DNA of 61,366 bases, filler included. It is 6 parts of 6 records of this genome, joined end to end, with 100 filler letters (N's around TTAATTAATTAA, not from the genome) between each part and the next. Parts side by side here need not be neighbours in the genome. Positions count along the whole stretch, not along the records: positions 1 to 17,035 come from SRR2962707_1852; positions 17,136 to 22,307 come from SRR2962707_1862; 4 more parts are not named here. The stretch is one strand, 5' to 3'. Below are positions 9,791 through 18,811 of this stretch, piece by piece. Within the stretch, counting starts at the first letter, position 1; every line of letters starts with the position of its first letter. The notes under the pieces were generated by a model that was given only the letters and a program-made list of their open reading frames with translations, made no database searches and was not told where the DNA came from. Both the position numbers and the translations under genes were made by a program.

Positions 9791-10933
9791 ATGATCGCCC
9801 CGCCGCCGCACAATCAAACTGAACGTCTAGAAGCGCTGGAGAACCTTCAGGTGCTCGATTCAGACCCAGAGAAGGGCTTTGACGACGTCGTGGCGCTCTC
9901 GGCGCGTATCTGTGATACGCCGGTTGCTCTGATCAGTCTGGTGGATCGGGATCGCCAGTGGTTCAAGGCGCGTTTCGGCTTTGATTCAGATCAGACGCCG
10001 CTTGAGCAATCTATCTGCAGCCACGCGATCCTGACCGAAGGTATACTGGAAATTCAGGACACCTGGAACGATGCTCGCACAGCGAACAATCCGCTCTGCG
10101 TTGCGATGAAGGATCCGATGCGGTTTTACGCCGGTGCGCCCCTGGTTACAGAAACCGGGCTGAAGCTGGGCACGCTGTGTGTGTTGGACACCAAACCGCG
10201 CCAGTTGACGGATCTTCAACGTGAAACGCTGGATGTCTTGGCAGGCCAGGTGATGCGCCAACTCGAATTGACACAGGCGCTAAATACCGAGGCCGTGCTG
10301 CGTGACGAAATCGACCACCGGGTGAAGAATTCGTTGCAGACTGTCGCCTCTTTCATCCGACTGTATTCCGGGCGGTCCCGTCATCCGGAAACCCGCGAAG
10401 CCCTGGGTGCGATCGGTCGGCGGGTTGATGCGATCGTGCAGTTGCATTCCGAACTTTACCAGACCAACGAATTCGACATGATCCGGTTGGACCGCTATCT
10501 GCCGCGTGTGGCCACGTTGTTACAGGGATCCGCCACGCCCAACGTGCGCATTACAACGACTATCGCCCCGGTCAGCACAGATTCCCGCATGGCGGCGACC
10601 CTGGCGATGATTGTCAGTGAATTTTGCGCCAATGCCATCAAACACGCGTTTCCGGACGGCCGTGCCGGACAAATCCAGATCGAATTGACCCGGCAGGTCA
10701 ACGGTGAACTGCTGCTGATTTGCCGCGACAATGGCATCGGTACGGCTGTGGTGCCCGCTGCCAAGGAAGATGCCATCGTAAGCATCGGCAAGCGACTGAT
10801 GGAAACGGCGGCCGAACAGATCGGGGGCGAGATGAGTTTGAGCGAAAGCGCACAGGGCTATACGCTGTCGCTTGCGTTCAACCATCCCGCAGAGCCGGAG
10901 AAGCGGAGCATGGTCAGAGCGGGCGAACCTTGA
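9791..10933 (+). CDS. GAF-sensor histidine kinase (HisKA_2 type)
   Basis: GAF domain (RQWFKA, RFYAGAPL, GTLCVLD), EIDHRVKNSLQ H-box, EFCANAIKHAF N-box, DNGIG G-box. Confidence 0.92.
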   Translation: MIAPPPHNQTERLEALENLQVLDSDPEKGFDDVVALSARICDTPVALISLVDRDRQWFKARFGFDSDQTPLEQSICSHAILTEGILEIQDTWNDARTANNPLCVAMKDPMRFYAGAPLVTETGLKLGTLCVLDTKPRQLTDLQRETLDVLAGQVMRQLELTQALNTEAVLRDEIDHRVKNSLQTVASFIRLYSGRSRHPETREALGAIGRRVDAIVQLHSELYQTNEFDMIRLDRYLPRVATLLQGSATPNVRITTTIAPVSTDSRMAATLAMIVSEFCANAIKHAFPDGRAGQIQIELTRQVNGELLLICRDNGIGTAVVPAAKEDAIVSIGKRLMETAAEQIGGEMSLSESAQGYTLSLAFNHPAEPEKRSMVRAGEP

Positions 10934-12215
10934 GACGCGTGACGCGGTTGCCATCGCGTCCTGTCACTTCGAACCGGAAATTGTGAAAGCTGAAGACCTG
11001 ACCGACCGTCGGAATCATCTGTGCCTCGTGGATGACAAGGCCGGCAACGGTATTTGCCTCTTCGTCCGGCAGGGACAGGTCGGTCGCGCGGTTGAAGTCG
11101 CGGATCGTCATCTGGCCGTCGATCCAGTAATGACCATCCTCACCCATTTTCATGGGGTTTTCAGCGTCGGGGTCGAATTCATCGGTTATTTCGCCCACGA
11201 TCTCTTCGAGGATGTCCTCAAGCGTGATGAGGCCCTGCAAAGCGCCGTATTCATCCACGACAAGTGCGAAATGGGTGCGGCGGCGTAGGAACTGGCGCAT
11301 CTGATCGTCAAGTGATGTGGTATCGGGCACGAAATAGGGTTTCATCGCCACTTTGGCGATATTGAAACCCCGGATGCCGTCACGGGCCGCATCCGGGCCC
11401 TGTATCAGCTTGTGCATGGCGCGCAGCAGATCCTTTGCATGGATGACGCCGATGATGTTTTCGGGGTCGTTGCGAAAGACGGGTAGGCGCGTGTGATTGC
11501 TTTCCAGACACTGGGACAATATTTCATTTGGGTCGTTGTCGGCATCAATCATCTCGATCGCTGACCGATGGAGCATAATTTCCTCGACCGTGCGATCGCC
11601 CAGGTCAAGCGCGCCCAAGATGCGGTCGCGGTCTTCTTTCTGAACGAGGCCTTCGGAATGCCCCAGCTGCAAGGCGCCGGCAATTTCTTCGCGTACGGCA
11701 AGGATGTGACTGTTGGGGTCGGTGCGCACGCCAAAGATGCGCAGCACGCCCCGCACCAACAGACGGACAGCGCTGACCATTGGTGAAAATACGAAGATCA
11801 CAATTGAGATCAACGGCGACACGCGCGAGGCGGCCAGTTCCGGGTTCGTGATGGCATAGGTCTTTGGCAGCACCTCGGCGAAGATCAGCACCAGAAGGGT
11901 CATCACCAGTGTGGCCAGCGCCACACCAGAGTCGCCAAAGACACGGGTGAACAGCGCCGTCGCAAGGGATGTGGCGAGGATGTTCACCAGGTTGTTGCCC
12001 AGCAAAACCGACCCGATCAGGCGTTCGTTGTCCTCGGTGATCGCGAGCGCGCGTTCAGCCCCCTTGGACCCTTTGTCCATCGCTGCATGCAATTTCCCCC
12101 GAGAGGCAGCCGTCAGCGCAGTTTCGGAGCCTGAAAAGAACCCCGAGAGCACCAGCAGGCCCAGAATCGAAGCTGAGGTGACCCAGAAGGCGGAATCCAG
12201 GGCGGTGAGGTCCAT
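10914..12215 (-). CDS. HlyC/CorC family CNNM-CBS transporter
   Basis: SGFFSGSETA, FAEVLPK, two CBS domains, VVDEYG, CorC C-terminus. Confidence 0.93.
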   Translation of the reverse strand: MDLTALDSAFWVTSASILGLLVLSGFFSGSETALTAASRGKLHAAMDKGSKGAERALAITEDNERLIGSVLLGNNLVNILATSLATALFTRVFGDSGVALATLVMTLLVLIFAEVLPKTYAITNPELAASRVSPLISIVIFVFSPMVSAVRLLVRGVLRIFGVRTDPNSHILAVREEIAGALQLGHSEGLVQKEDRDRILGALDLGDRTVEEIMLHRSAIEMIDADNDPNEILSQCLESNHTRLPVFRNDPENIIGVIHAKDLLRAMHKLIQGPDAARDGIRGFNIAKVAMKPYFVPDTTSLDDQMRQFLRRRTHFALVVDEYGALQGLITLEDILEEIVGEITDEFDPDAENPMKMGEDGHYWIDGQMTIRDFNRATDLSLPDEEANTVAGLVIHEAQMIPTVGQVFSFHNFRFEVTGRDGNRVTRLKVRPL

Positions 12216-12401
12216 TTGCGTGCTTTCCTGTTGTTGTCGGGGTTATGGTGTGATGGCGCGCAGCAATCAAGGGGGCTGGCCTGTGCGGCGCGATCACTGC
12301 GGTGTCAATGCGCGCTCTTTGTCCATGGGCGCGCCGGCCGGTGCGCGTATGTCCGACAGCGGGCCGCAAAACGGATGCGGATCTTGCTGATCTGTGGGGT
12401 G

Positions 12402-13328
12402 TCAGTCGTTTGCCATTGGGTGATGTTCCAGTACCAGTTCGCGCAGGCGCTCCTCCAATACGTGTGTGTAAATCTCGGTCGTGGCAATATCTGCGTGGCC
12501 CAGAAAGGTCTGGATGGCGCGCAGGTCGGCGCCGTTGGCCAGCAGATGCGTCGCGAAAGCATGGCGTAGTGTATGCGGCGTGACCTTCGCCGGTGAAACC
12601 CCGGCGGCAACCGCAATATCCTTGATCGTCATGTAAAAGGAATGGCGCGTCAGGTGGCCGGACTTTCCGCGCGAGGCGAAAAGAAAGCCGGAATGCGCCT
12701 TTCCTTTGTTACGCGCCTCAGATTCTTCGTCTTCCCGGAGAGAGAGCCAGAGGCGCAGCGCCTCGCGTGCCGGCGGGCTTAACGGGACCATCCGTTCCTT
12801 GCCGCCCTTGCCGCGGATCAGCAACATGCGCGGGTCGCCCTTTGCGGCGCTGAGCGGCAGGGACACCAGTTCGGTCACTCGCATGCCTGTGGCGTAAAGC
12901 AACTGCATCAGGCAGGTGTTGCGCAGCCAGTCGTCGCGATTGCGCCCGTGGCGGGTGGCGGCATCCAGCAAAAGATCGACCTCGGCTGTGCTTAGGGTCT
13001 TGGGAAGCCGCTTGTCCCGACCGGGGCCGCTGATCTGGATCGCGGGGTTGTCGGTGCGCAGGCCTTCTTCGAAGGCAAAGCGGTAAAGCTGTCGGATCGC
13101 CGATAGCCTTCGCGCGCGGGTCGCTTTGGACAGGCCCTGTGCATCTGAATGGACTAGGTAACCTTCGACATCGGTCCGCGTGGCATCCCCGAGTGTTTGG
13201 CCACGCGCCGCGATCCAGCCAGAGTAGTCGCGCAGGTCGCGGGCATAGGCCAGCTGCGTGTTGTGCGCCGCGCCGCGTTCAGCGGCCTGAGCCTCCAAAA
13301 AGGCTGAGATCCAGTGCATGTCATTCAT
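12402..13328 (-). CDS. xerD: Site-specific tyrosine recombinase XerD
   Basis: LYATGMRVTEL, GKGGKER, HTLRHAFATHLL, LGHADIATTEIY; housekeeping context beside aroK/aroB. Confidence 0.92.
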   Translation of the reverse strand: MNDMHWISAFLEAQAAERGAAHNTQLAYARDLRDYSGWIAARGQTLGDATRTDVEGYLVHSDAQGLSKATRARRLSAIRQLYRFAFEEGLRTDNPAIQISGPGRDKRLPKTLSTAEVDLLLDAATRHGRNRDDWLRNTCLMQLLYATGMRVTELVSLPLSAAKGDPRMLLIRGKGGKERMVPLSPPAREALRLWLSLREDEESEARNKGKAHSGFLFASRGKSGHLTRHSFYMTIKDIAVAAGVSPAKVTPHTLRHAFATHLLANGADLRAIQTFLGHADIATTEIYTHVLEERLRELVLEHHPMAND

Positions 13329-14902
13329 CGGCGCGCGCCTTCGCCTGACAGAATTATTAGTTCAATTGCCGCGCGGCGGGCCGTATCCTCAAGCCCGACT
13401 GTGCGCAGGGTGGACAAGGCGTCTGTCAGATCTTCGGTATTGCCGTCGGCACCGCTGGAAAACAACGCGATAGCCCGCAAGACGGCCTCGCCGAGGCGGC
13501 CTTCTTGCAACTGGGCCTGAAGCGCGGCAGGGGGCAGCGCATCGCCAAAAGCGGCAGCAATGGCCTGATCCTGCGGCTGATCGGGAACGGTATCGGGTGC
13601 GCGACCCCGGGCGATCGCCCCGAGAAAGGCAAGATCATTTGTCGCCGCGCCAATCGTGGCCGCAGCAGATTCGTAATCGGGTGACAATAATGCCGCCATG
13701 CGTGCCAGGTCCAGCGCGCGGCCCGACAGGGGATAGGTCAGCAGCCGCGCACCATAAAGATTGGCAAACGGCACCAGCAATCCAGCCGAGCGCATCTGCG
13801 GCCAGACGGTTTCCAATGCGGGTCCGATGGTGGCAGGATCGCCGCCATCGATGGCGCTGTCAAAATCCTGCAACGCCTTGACGCGGTCCCAGATGCCGCC
13901 AGAGGCGGCAGGCTTGCGATGGGTATAAATTCCTAGCAGGCGGTTTTCGGAAATGGCACCAACCCGTGCCAGCCGTTCTGCCGCGTCTAGCTGAGCCTTC
14001 CAGCCAGTGTCACCGGACAAATCGACGGTGGCAAAGGCACGCGGCAGGGGCGCGGTTGCGAGCGGTTCACCAATCGCTTGAAAAAGACGAAATTCCAACG
14101 GGTTGGGGCGGGCAGGCGGGTTCAGCGGCGTAAGGGATTCGGCGAGATCCGGATCCAGAAAACGGGCCAGAAGGTCGGCGTCACGGTCGCTAATGGTTCC
14201 TAGTGCCTCGCCGGTGTCCAGAACGGTGGCTGCGACGATCCAGTCGCCGGTGCGTGCTGTGCAAAAAACCCGTGTCCCAAGGTCAGCGGACAGCGATGGA
14301 TCATCAGCCAGCGTCTTGCAGGGGGTGTTTTCATGCCCGGTCAGCAAACTGAGGTCGAACCAGATCTGGAACAGTTCGGGCGTCGTGGCGTCGGCACGTT
14401 CGACCAAGGCCTCGGCCGGTTCTATCACGCCTTGTGCCATCAGCCGGTCAAGCCGCGCGGCCAGGAGCGGCGCGCCGCTGCGCGCCGATATCGGCGCATC
14501 CGCCTCGGCGAGCAGGAGTGTGTGAAGCAGGGCAGATAGGGCAGGAACCGCAGGATTGACGGCTGCGATCAGCTCAACCAGGGTCGGGATATCCGAAGAT
14601 TTCCAAAGGCTGAGTGGCAGGCCTGTCACCTGCATTGGCAGCAGGCCAACAGCCTCAGGGTTGGGGGCGCCCAGTGGGCGAACGTCTACTTCGGGGATGG
14701 TGATGGATGACGCCGTCGGTGGTTCCAACAATGGCATCGCCGGAACGGGGCGGGCAGGCATTGCGATCTGAGGGTTGTTAAGCTGTCGGCCAAGGGTCTG
14801 GGGCACGACTGTCTGCGCCTCAAGCCAGTCGATGGCAGAAAGCGGCGCCTGCGCCATCGCAGGCGATGCGCACAGCAAAAGTGCGAAAGAACTAATTCGC
14901 AT
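13325..14902 (-). CDS. Conserved exported hypothetical protein upstream of xerD
   Basis: Signal peptide MRISSFALLLCASPAMA followed by PLSAIDWL; all-helical; stop overlaps the xerD start (ATGA). Confidence 0.8.
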   Translation of the reverse strand: MRISSFALLLCASPAMAQAPLSAIDWLEAQTVVPQTLGRQLNNPQIAMPARPVPAMPLLEPPTASSITIPEVDVRPLGAPNPEAVGLLPMQVTGLPLSLWKSSDIPTLVELIAAVNPAVPALSALLHTLLLAEADAPISARSGAPLLAARLDRLMAQGVIEPAEALVERADATTPELFQIWFDLSLLTGHENTPCKTLADDPSLSADLGTRVFCTARTGDWIVAATVLDTGEALGTISDRDADLLARFLDPDLAESLTPLNPPARPNPLEFRLFQAIGEPLATAPLPRAFATVDLSGDTGWKAQLDAAERLARVGAISENRLLGIYTHRKPAASGGIWDRVKALQDFDSAIDGGDPATIGPALETVWPQMRSAGLLVPFANLYGARLLTYPLSGRALDLARMAALLSPDYESAAATIGAATNDLAFLGAIARGRAPDTVPDQPQDQAIAAAFGDALPPAALQAQLQEGRLGEAVLRAIALFSSGADGNTEDLTDALSTLRTVGLEDTARRAAIELIILSGEGARR

Positions 14903-15041
14903 CCAGAGAGACCGGTTGGCGGATTTCGCTTTGGGGTGGCGAAAAGTCAGCGCCAAAGAACGGACCAATGTAAGCATAAGCCGCAAGCGCAATTACGCTG
15001 AGGACAAGCAGATAGATTAGCCATTTGAAAAGTCGACCCAT
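14892..15041 (-). CDS. 49-aa small membrane protein (MGRLFKWLIYLLVLSVIALAAYAYIGPFFGADFSPPQSEIRQPVSLDAN)
   Basis: Hand-translated; AGGAG RBS upstream, one TM helix, overlaps the start of the next gene by 11 nt; below the ORF-track length cutoff. Confidence 0.8.
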   Translation of the reverse strand: MGRLFKWLIYLLVLSVIALAAYAYIGPFFGADFSPPQSEIRQPVSLDAN

Positions 15042-15160
15042 TTCTAGATTGCACTCCTGCCTCTTGTTTTTTCCAACTTATACCTAGCCTTTTACCCAAG
15101 ATCACGTCATTCACGCAGCTGATGTTAAATTTGGCGGCTGACAGCCGCAGAACAAGGGCA

Positions 15161-15709
15161 ATGCGGGCACGGCTGAACAAAACGGTTGTCCTGGTGGGCA
15201 TGATGGGCGCGGGCAAGACGGCCGTGGGCAAGGCTTTGGCGGCAATGCTGGGCGTCCCTTTCCGTGATTCGGACGCTGCTATCGAAGAGGCAGCCAACCG
15301 CAGTATCGCAGAAATCTTTGAACGCGATGGCGAACCTTTCTTTCGTGCCAGGGAAAGCCAGGTGATTTATCGGCTGCTGGACGAACAGCCTGCAGTGCTG
15401 TCGACCGGCGGCGGCGCATTTATGAGCGAAGAGAACCGCAAACTGATTTCGTCCAAGGGGGTATCGGTCTGGCTTGACGTCGATATGCCGCTGCTTTGGA
15501 ATCGGGTGCGCCACAAGGACAGCCGACCGCTGCTGCGGACAGCCGATCCCAAAGCCACGCTTCAGGCACTTTATGACGTCCGTGTGCCAATCTACGCTCT
15601 CGCGGATCTGAGCATTCATGCGAAACCCCGCTATTCCATTGATGACACGGCCCGGCAGGTGCACACCGCGTTGCAAACCCGGCCGGATGTTCTGGAGGAA
15701 ATCAGTTGA
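15161..15709 (+). CDS. aroK: Shikimate kinase
   Basis: GMMGAGKT P-loop, GEPFFR, STGGG, RPLL. Confidence 0.95.
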   Translation: MRARLNKTVVLVGMMGAGKTAVGKALAAMLGVPFRDSDAAIEEAANRSIAEIFERDGEPFFRARESQVIYRLLDEQPAVLSTGGGAFMSEENRKLISSKGVSVWLDVDMPLLWNRVRHKDSRPLLRTADPKATLQALYDVRVPIYALADLSIHAKPRYSIDDTARQVHTALQTRPDVLEEIS

Positions 15710-16818
15710 TCGAAACAGTGCACGTCCCGCTGGGCAAACGGGCCTACAACGTACGGATCGGCGATGGTCTTCTGGGCCGCGCAGGTCACGAAATCGCGCC
15801 GTTGCTCAATCGCGCACGGGTGGCCATCGTCACGGATGCAAATGTGGCTGCGGCGCATCTGCCCGCCGTTCAGGCGGCGTTAAAAGCCGAAGGGATTGCG
15901 TCCGAGGCGCTGATCCTGCCGCCGGGGGAATCCACCAAGGGCTGGCCGCAGTTTACGCGCACCGTGGAATGGCTGCTGGACCAGAAGGTCGAGCGGCGCG
16001 ACGTCGTGGTTGCCCTGGGGGGCGGCGTAATCGGCGATCTGGTCGGCTTTGCCGCGGCAGTCCTGCGCCGGGGTGTGCGGTTCGTGCAAATGCCGACCTC
16101 GCTTTTGGCGCAGGTAGACAGTTCTGTCGGCGGCAAGACAGGGATCAACGCACCGCAGGGCAAGAATCTGATCGGGGCCTTTCATCAGCCTGCGCTGGTT
16201 CTGGCGGATATTGGCGTTCTGAACACCCTGAACACGCGTGATTTTCTTGCCGGCTGCGGCGAAGTTGTTAAATATGGGCTGCTTGGCGACGCGGCGTTTT
16301 TTGACTGGTTGGAACAGAATGGCACGGCGATGGCGGCGGGTGATATGGCCGCGCGGGCCCATGCGGTGCGCCGATCGGTCGAGATGAAGGCCGAAATTGT
16401 CGTGCGTGACGAGACCGAGCAGGGGGATCGTGCCCTTCTCAACCTAGGACATACCTTTTGCCATGCGCTCGAATCGGCCACGGGGTATTCCGACCGGCTG
16501 CTGCATGGCGAAGGTGTTGCCGTCGGCTGTGCGCTGGCGTTCGAACTGTCGGCGCGGCTGGGCCTGTGCGCACAAGAGGACCCCAGCCGGGTGCGCGCGC
16601 ATTTGGCAACGATGGGCATGAAGAAAGATTTGTCAGATATCGACGGGGCACTGCCGGACGCGGCGGCGCTCCTCGATCTGATGGGGCAGGACAAGAAGGT
16701 GATCGATGGCCAGCTGCGGTTTATCTTGGCGCGCGGGATCGGACATGCTTTTGTGACGGCGGATGTGCCAACAGATGCAGTGCTTGATCTTTTAGAGGAT
16801 CAGCTTGCACAGCGTTGA
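15706..16818 (+). CDS. aroB: 3-dehydroquinate synthase
   Basis: GGGVIGDL, PTSLLAQVDSSVGGKTG, LLNLGHTF, LHGE. Confidence 0.97.
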   Translation: MIETVHVPLGKRAYNVRIGDGLLGRAGHEIAPLLNRARVAIVTDANVAAAHLPAVQAALKAEGIASEALILPPGESTKGWPQFTRTVEWLLDQKVERRDVVVALGGGVIGDLVGFAAAVLRRGVRFVQMPTSLLAQVDSSVGGKTGINAPQGKNLIGAFHQPALVLADIGVLNTLNTRDFLAGCGEVVKYGLLGDAAFFDWLEQNGTAMAAGDMAARAHAVRRSVEMKAEIVVRDETEQGDRALLNLGHTFCHALESATGYSDRLLHGEGVAVGCALAFELSARLGLCAQEDPSRVRAHLATMGMKKDLSDIDGALPDAAALLDLMGQDKKVIDGQLRFILARGIGHAFVTADVPTDAVLDLLEDQLAQR

Positions 16819-16850
16819 TATGTAGACGTTATCGACACTGTTAGATGAAA

Positions 16851-16877
16851 AAAGCCCGGCATATTTTGCCGGGCTTT
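16851..16877. terminator. Bidirectional intrinsic terminator between convergent aroB and ssb
   Basis: AAAGCCCGGCA-tattt-TGCCGGGCTTT hairpin. Confidence 0.8.
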
Positions 16878-16899
16878 GTCGTTCTTGATTGTTGGCGTC

Positions 16900-17035
16900 C
16901 TAGAATGGAATCTCGTCGTCCATATCGCGCGACGGAGCCCGCGCGGGGCCACTGCCGCCGCCGGAATAGCCACTGCCACCGCCACCGCTACGGCTGTCGT
17001 CGTATCCACCACCGCCACCACCGCCACCACCGCCA
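16900..17035 (-). CDS. ssb: Single-stranded DNA-binding protein, C-terminal fragment
   Basis: Gly-rich linker ending RDMDDEIPF-stop, the SSB acidic tail. Confidence 0.9.
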
Positions 17036-17135
17036 NNNNNNNNNNNNNNNNNNNNNNNNNNNNNNNNNNNNNNNNNNNNTTAATTAATTAANNNNNNNNN
17101 NNNNNNNNNNNNNNNNNNNNNNNNNNNNNNNNNNN
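17036..17135. other. Artificial contig spacer (N-run with TTAATTAATTAA)
   Basis: Identical 100-nt spacer occurs 5 times; composition and taxon change across it. Confidence 0.98.
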
Positions 17136-17136
17136 C

Positions 17137-17262
17137 ACCATGGTGAAAAAGAACTGGTTTAACGGTGTTAAGATGCCGTCTATTGCCATACGCCAATTGG
17201 ATGGCAGCATCGAGGTTGTGAGGGAATTCGACTATAACGACTTTGTGCAGAACCTTTCTTGA
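17137..17262 (+). CDS. nspC: Carboxynorspermidine decarboxylase, C-terminal fragment
   Basis: TMVKKNWFNGVKMPSIA...VREFDYNDF...LS-stop matches the NspC C-terminus; adjacent to the synthase. Confidence 0.85.
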   Translation, partial: TMVKKNWFNGVKMPSIAIRQLDGSIEVVREFDYNDFVQNLS

Positions 17263-17310
17263 TCACAAGTTAAGGCGGTTCACACTTTTTATTTTGGAGA
17301 GAGCGTTACT

Positions 17311-18555
17311 ATGAAAAAAAATGTCCTAATTATCGGTGGCGGAGGCGTGGCTCGTGTTGTAGCCCACAAATGCGCCCAACACAATGACACACTGGGCAAT
17401 ATCGCAATTGCCTCCCGTAGCGTTGCAAAATGCGACGATATTGTAGCCAGTGTCCTAGAAAAGGGCAGCATGAAAGTCGAGGGTCGCATTCAGGCATACG
17501 CTCTTGATGCTCTTGATGTACCTGCCACTATTAAGCTGATTAACGACACCCAGTCTGAAATCGTCATTAACGTAGGTTCTGCGTTTATCAACATGTCGGT
17601 ACTAGAAGCGTGTATCGAAACTGGCGCAGCTTACCTAGACACAGCAATTCATGAAGACCCAACAAAAATCTGTGAAACACCACCATGGTATGCAAACTAC
17701 GAATGGAAACGCCGCGAATTATGTAAAGACAAAGGCGTGACCGCTATTCTTGGCGTAGGGTTTGATCCAGGTGTGGTGAACGCATACGCAGCACTTGCCT
17801 ACAACGATTATTTTGACAGCGTTAGCGACATCGATATCATCGATATCAATGCGGGCAGCCACGGCAAATACTTCGCGACCAACTTCGACCCAGAAATCAA
17901 CTTCCGTGAATTCACCGGACGTGTTTACTCTTGGCAAGACCGCGCGTGGCAAGAAAATAAAATGTTCGAAATCAGTCGAACAGATGACCTTCCTGTCGTT
18001 GGTAAGCAAACCGCTTACATGACTGGGCACGACGAAGTTCACTCTATTTCTCAAAACCTAGACGTGCCAAATGTGCGTTTCTGGATGGGCTTTGGCGAAC
18101 ATTACATCAATGTTTTCACCGTACTAAAAAGTCTAGGATTATTGTCTGAGCAGCCAGTGAAAACAGCAGAAGGCTTAGAAGTAGTGCCGCTTAAAGTGGT
18201 AAAAGCCGTACTTCCTGATCCTTCTTCTTTGGCGCCAGATTACACCGGTAAAACCTGCATCGGCGATGTTGTTAAAGGCATCAAAGACGGCAAAGAAAAA
18301 GAAGTCTTTATCTACAACGTTGCAGACCACAAAGACGCTTACAACGAAGTGGGTAGCCAAGGTATTTCTTATACCGCCGGTGTTCCTCCTGTTGCAGCCG
18401 CTATTCTCGTTGCCAACGGCACTTGGGACGCAAAAGAAATGCGCAACGTCGAACAACTTGATCCAAAACCTTTCTTAGGTCTATTGAACGAGATGGGCTT
18501 ACCTACTCGTATTAAAGATGAAGACGGCGATCGCCCTTTCACTTTTAATCAATAA
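17311..18555 (+). CDS. Carboxy(nor)spermidine synthase (saccharopine dehydrogenase family)
   Basis: GGGGVA Rossmann motif, GFDPG, FATNFDPEINFRE, SQGISYTAGVP; next to nspC. Confidence 0.9.
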   Translation: MKKNVLIIGGGGVARVVAHKCAQHNDTLGNIAIASRSVAKCDDIVASVLEKGSMKVEGRIQAYALDALDVPATIKLINDTQSEIVINVGSAFINMSVLEACIETGAAYLDTAIHEDPTKICETPPWYANYEWKRRELCKDKGVTAILGVGFDPGVVNAYAALAYNDYFDSVSDIDIIDINAGSHGKYFATNFDPEINFREFTGRVYSWQDRAWQENKMFEISRTDDLPVVGKQTAYMTGHDEVHSISQNLDVPNVRFWMGFGEHYINVFTVLKSLGLLSEQPVKTAEGLEVVPLKVVKAVLPDPSSLAPDYTGKTCIGDVVKGIKDGKEKEVFIYNVADHKDAYNEVGSQGISYTAGVPPVAAAILVANGTWDAKEMRNVEQLDPKPFLGLLNEMGLPTRIKDEDGDRPFTFNQ

Positions 18556-18581
18556 CAGCGCATTGTTATTATTCTGATGAA

Positions 18582-18614
18582 TAAATAGCCTCGCCCTCGC
18601 GAGGCTATTTTTTT
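18582..18614 (+). terminator. Intrinsic terminator
   Basis: AAATAGCCTCGC-cctc-GCGAGGCTATTT followed by a T tract. Confidence 0.85.
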
Positions 18615-18811
18615 CCTGCCCCTTATCTTCGCTTTCTTTGATGGAATCTGGCACCACCACCTATACTTGCTCGCTGCAGGTAGCTACTATTACGCACTTC
18701 AACAAAGCGTCAGTATTTCGAATAGAAACTGACAGCAAAAGACGATTTTATGCATTTATCGATAACGACGAGCGATCACGTTTTCTACTATTCTGCAATA
18801 AGGATTATGTA

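Noticed and set aside
10914-10933. 20-nt 3' overlap of the kinase and corC as antisense regulation
   Set aside because: Short convergent overlaps are common and nothing else supports a role.
12402-13328. Tyrosine recombinase as a prophage or island integrase
   Set aside because: Sequence and context (corC, aroK, aroB) fit housekeeping XerD; no att sites or mobile genes are nearby.
16960-17035. (CCA/CCG)n repeat as a VNTR or array
   Set aside because: It encodes the Gly-rich linker of SSB on the minus strand.
17080-17091. Recurring TTAATTAATTAA palindrome as a biological repeat
   Set aside because: It is always centred in N-runs and gives stops in all six frames, so it is an assembly linker.
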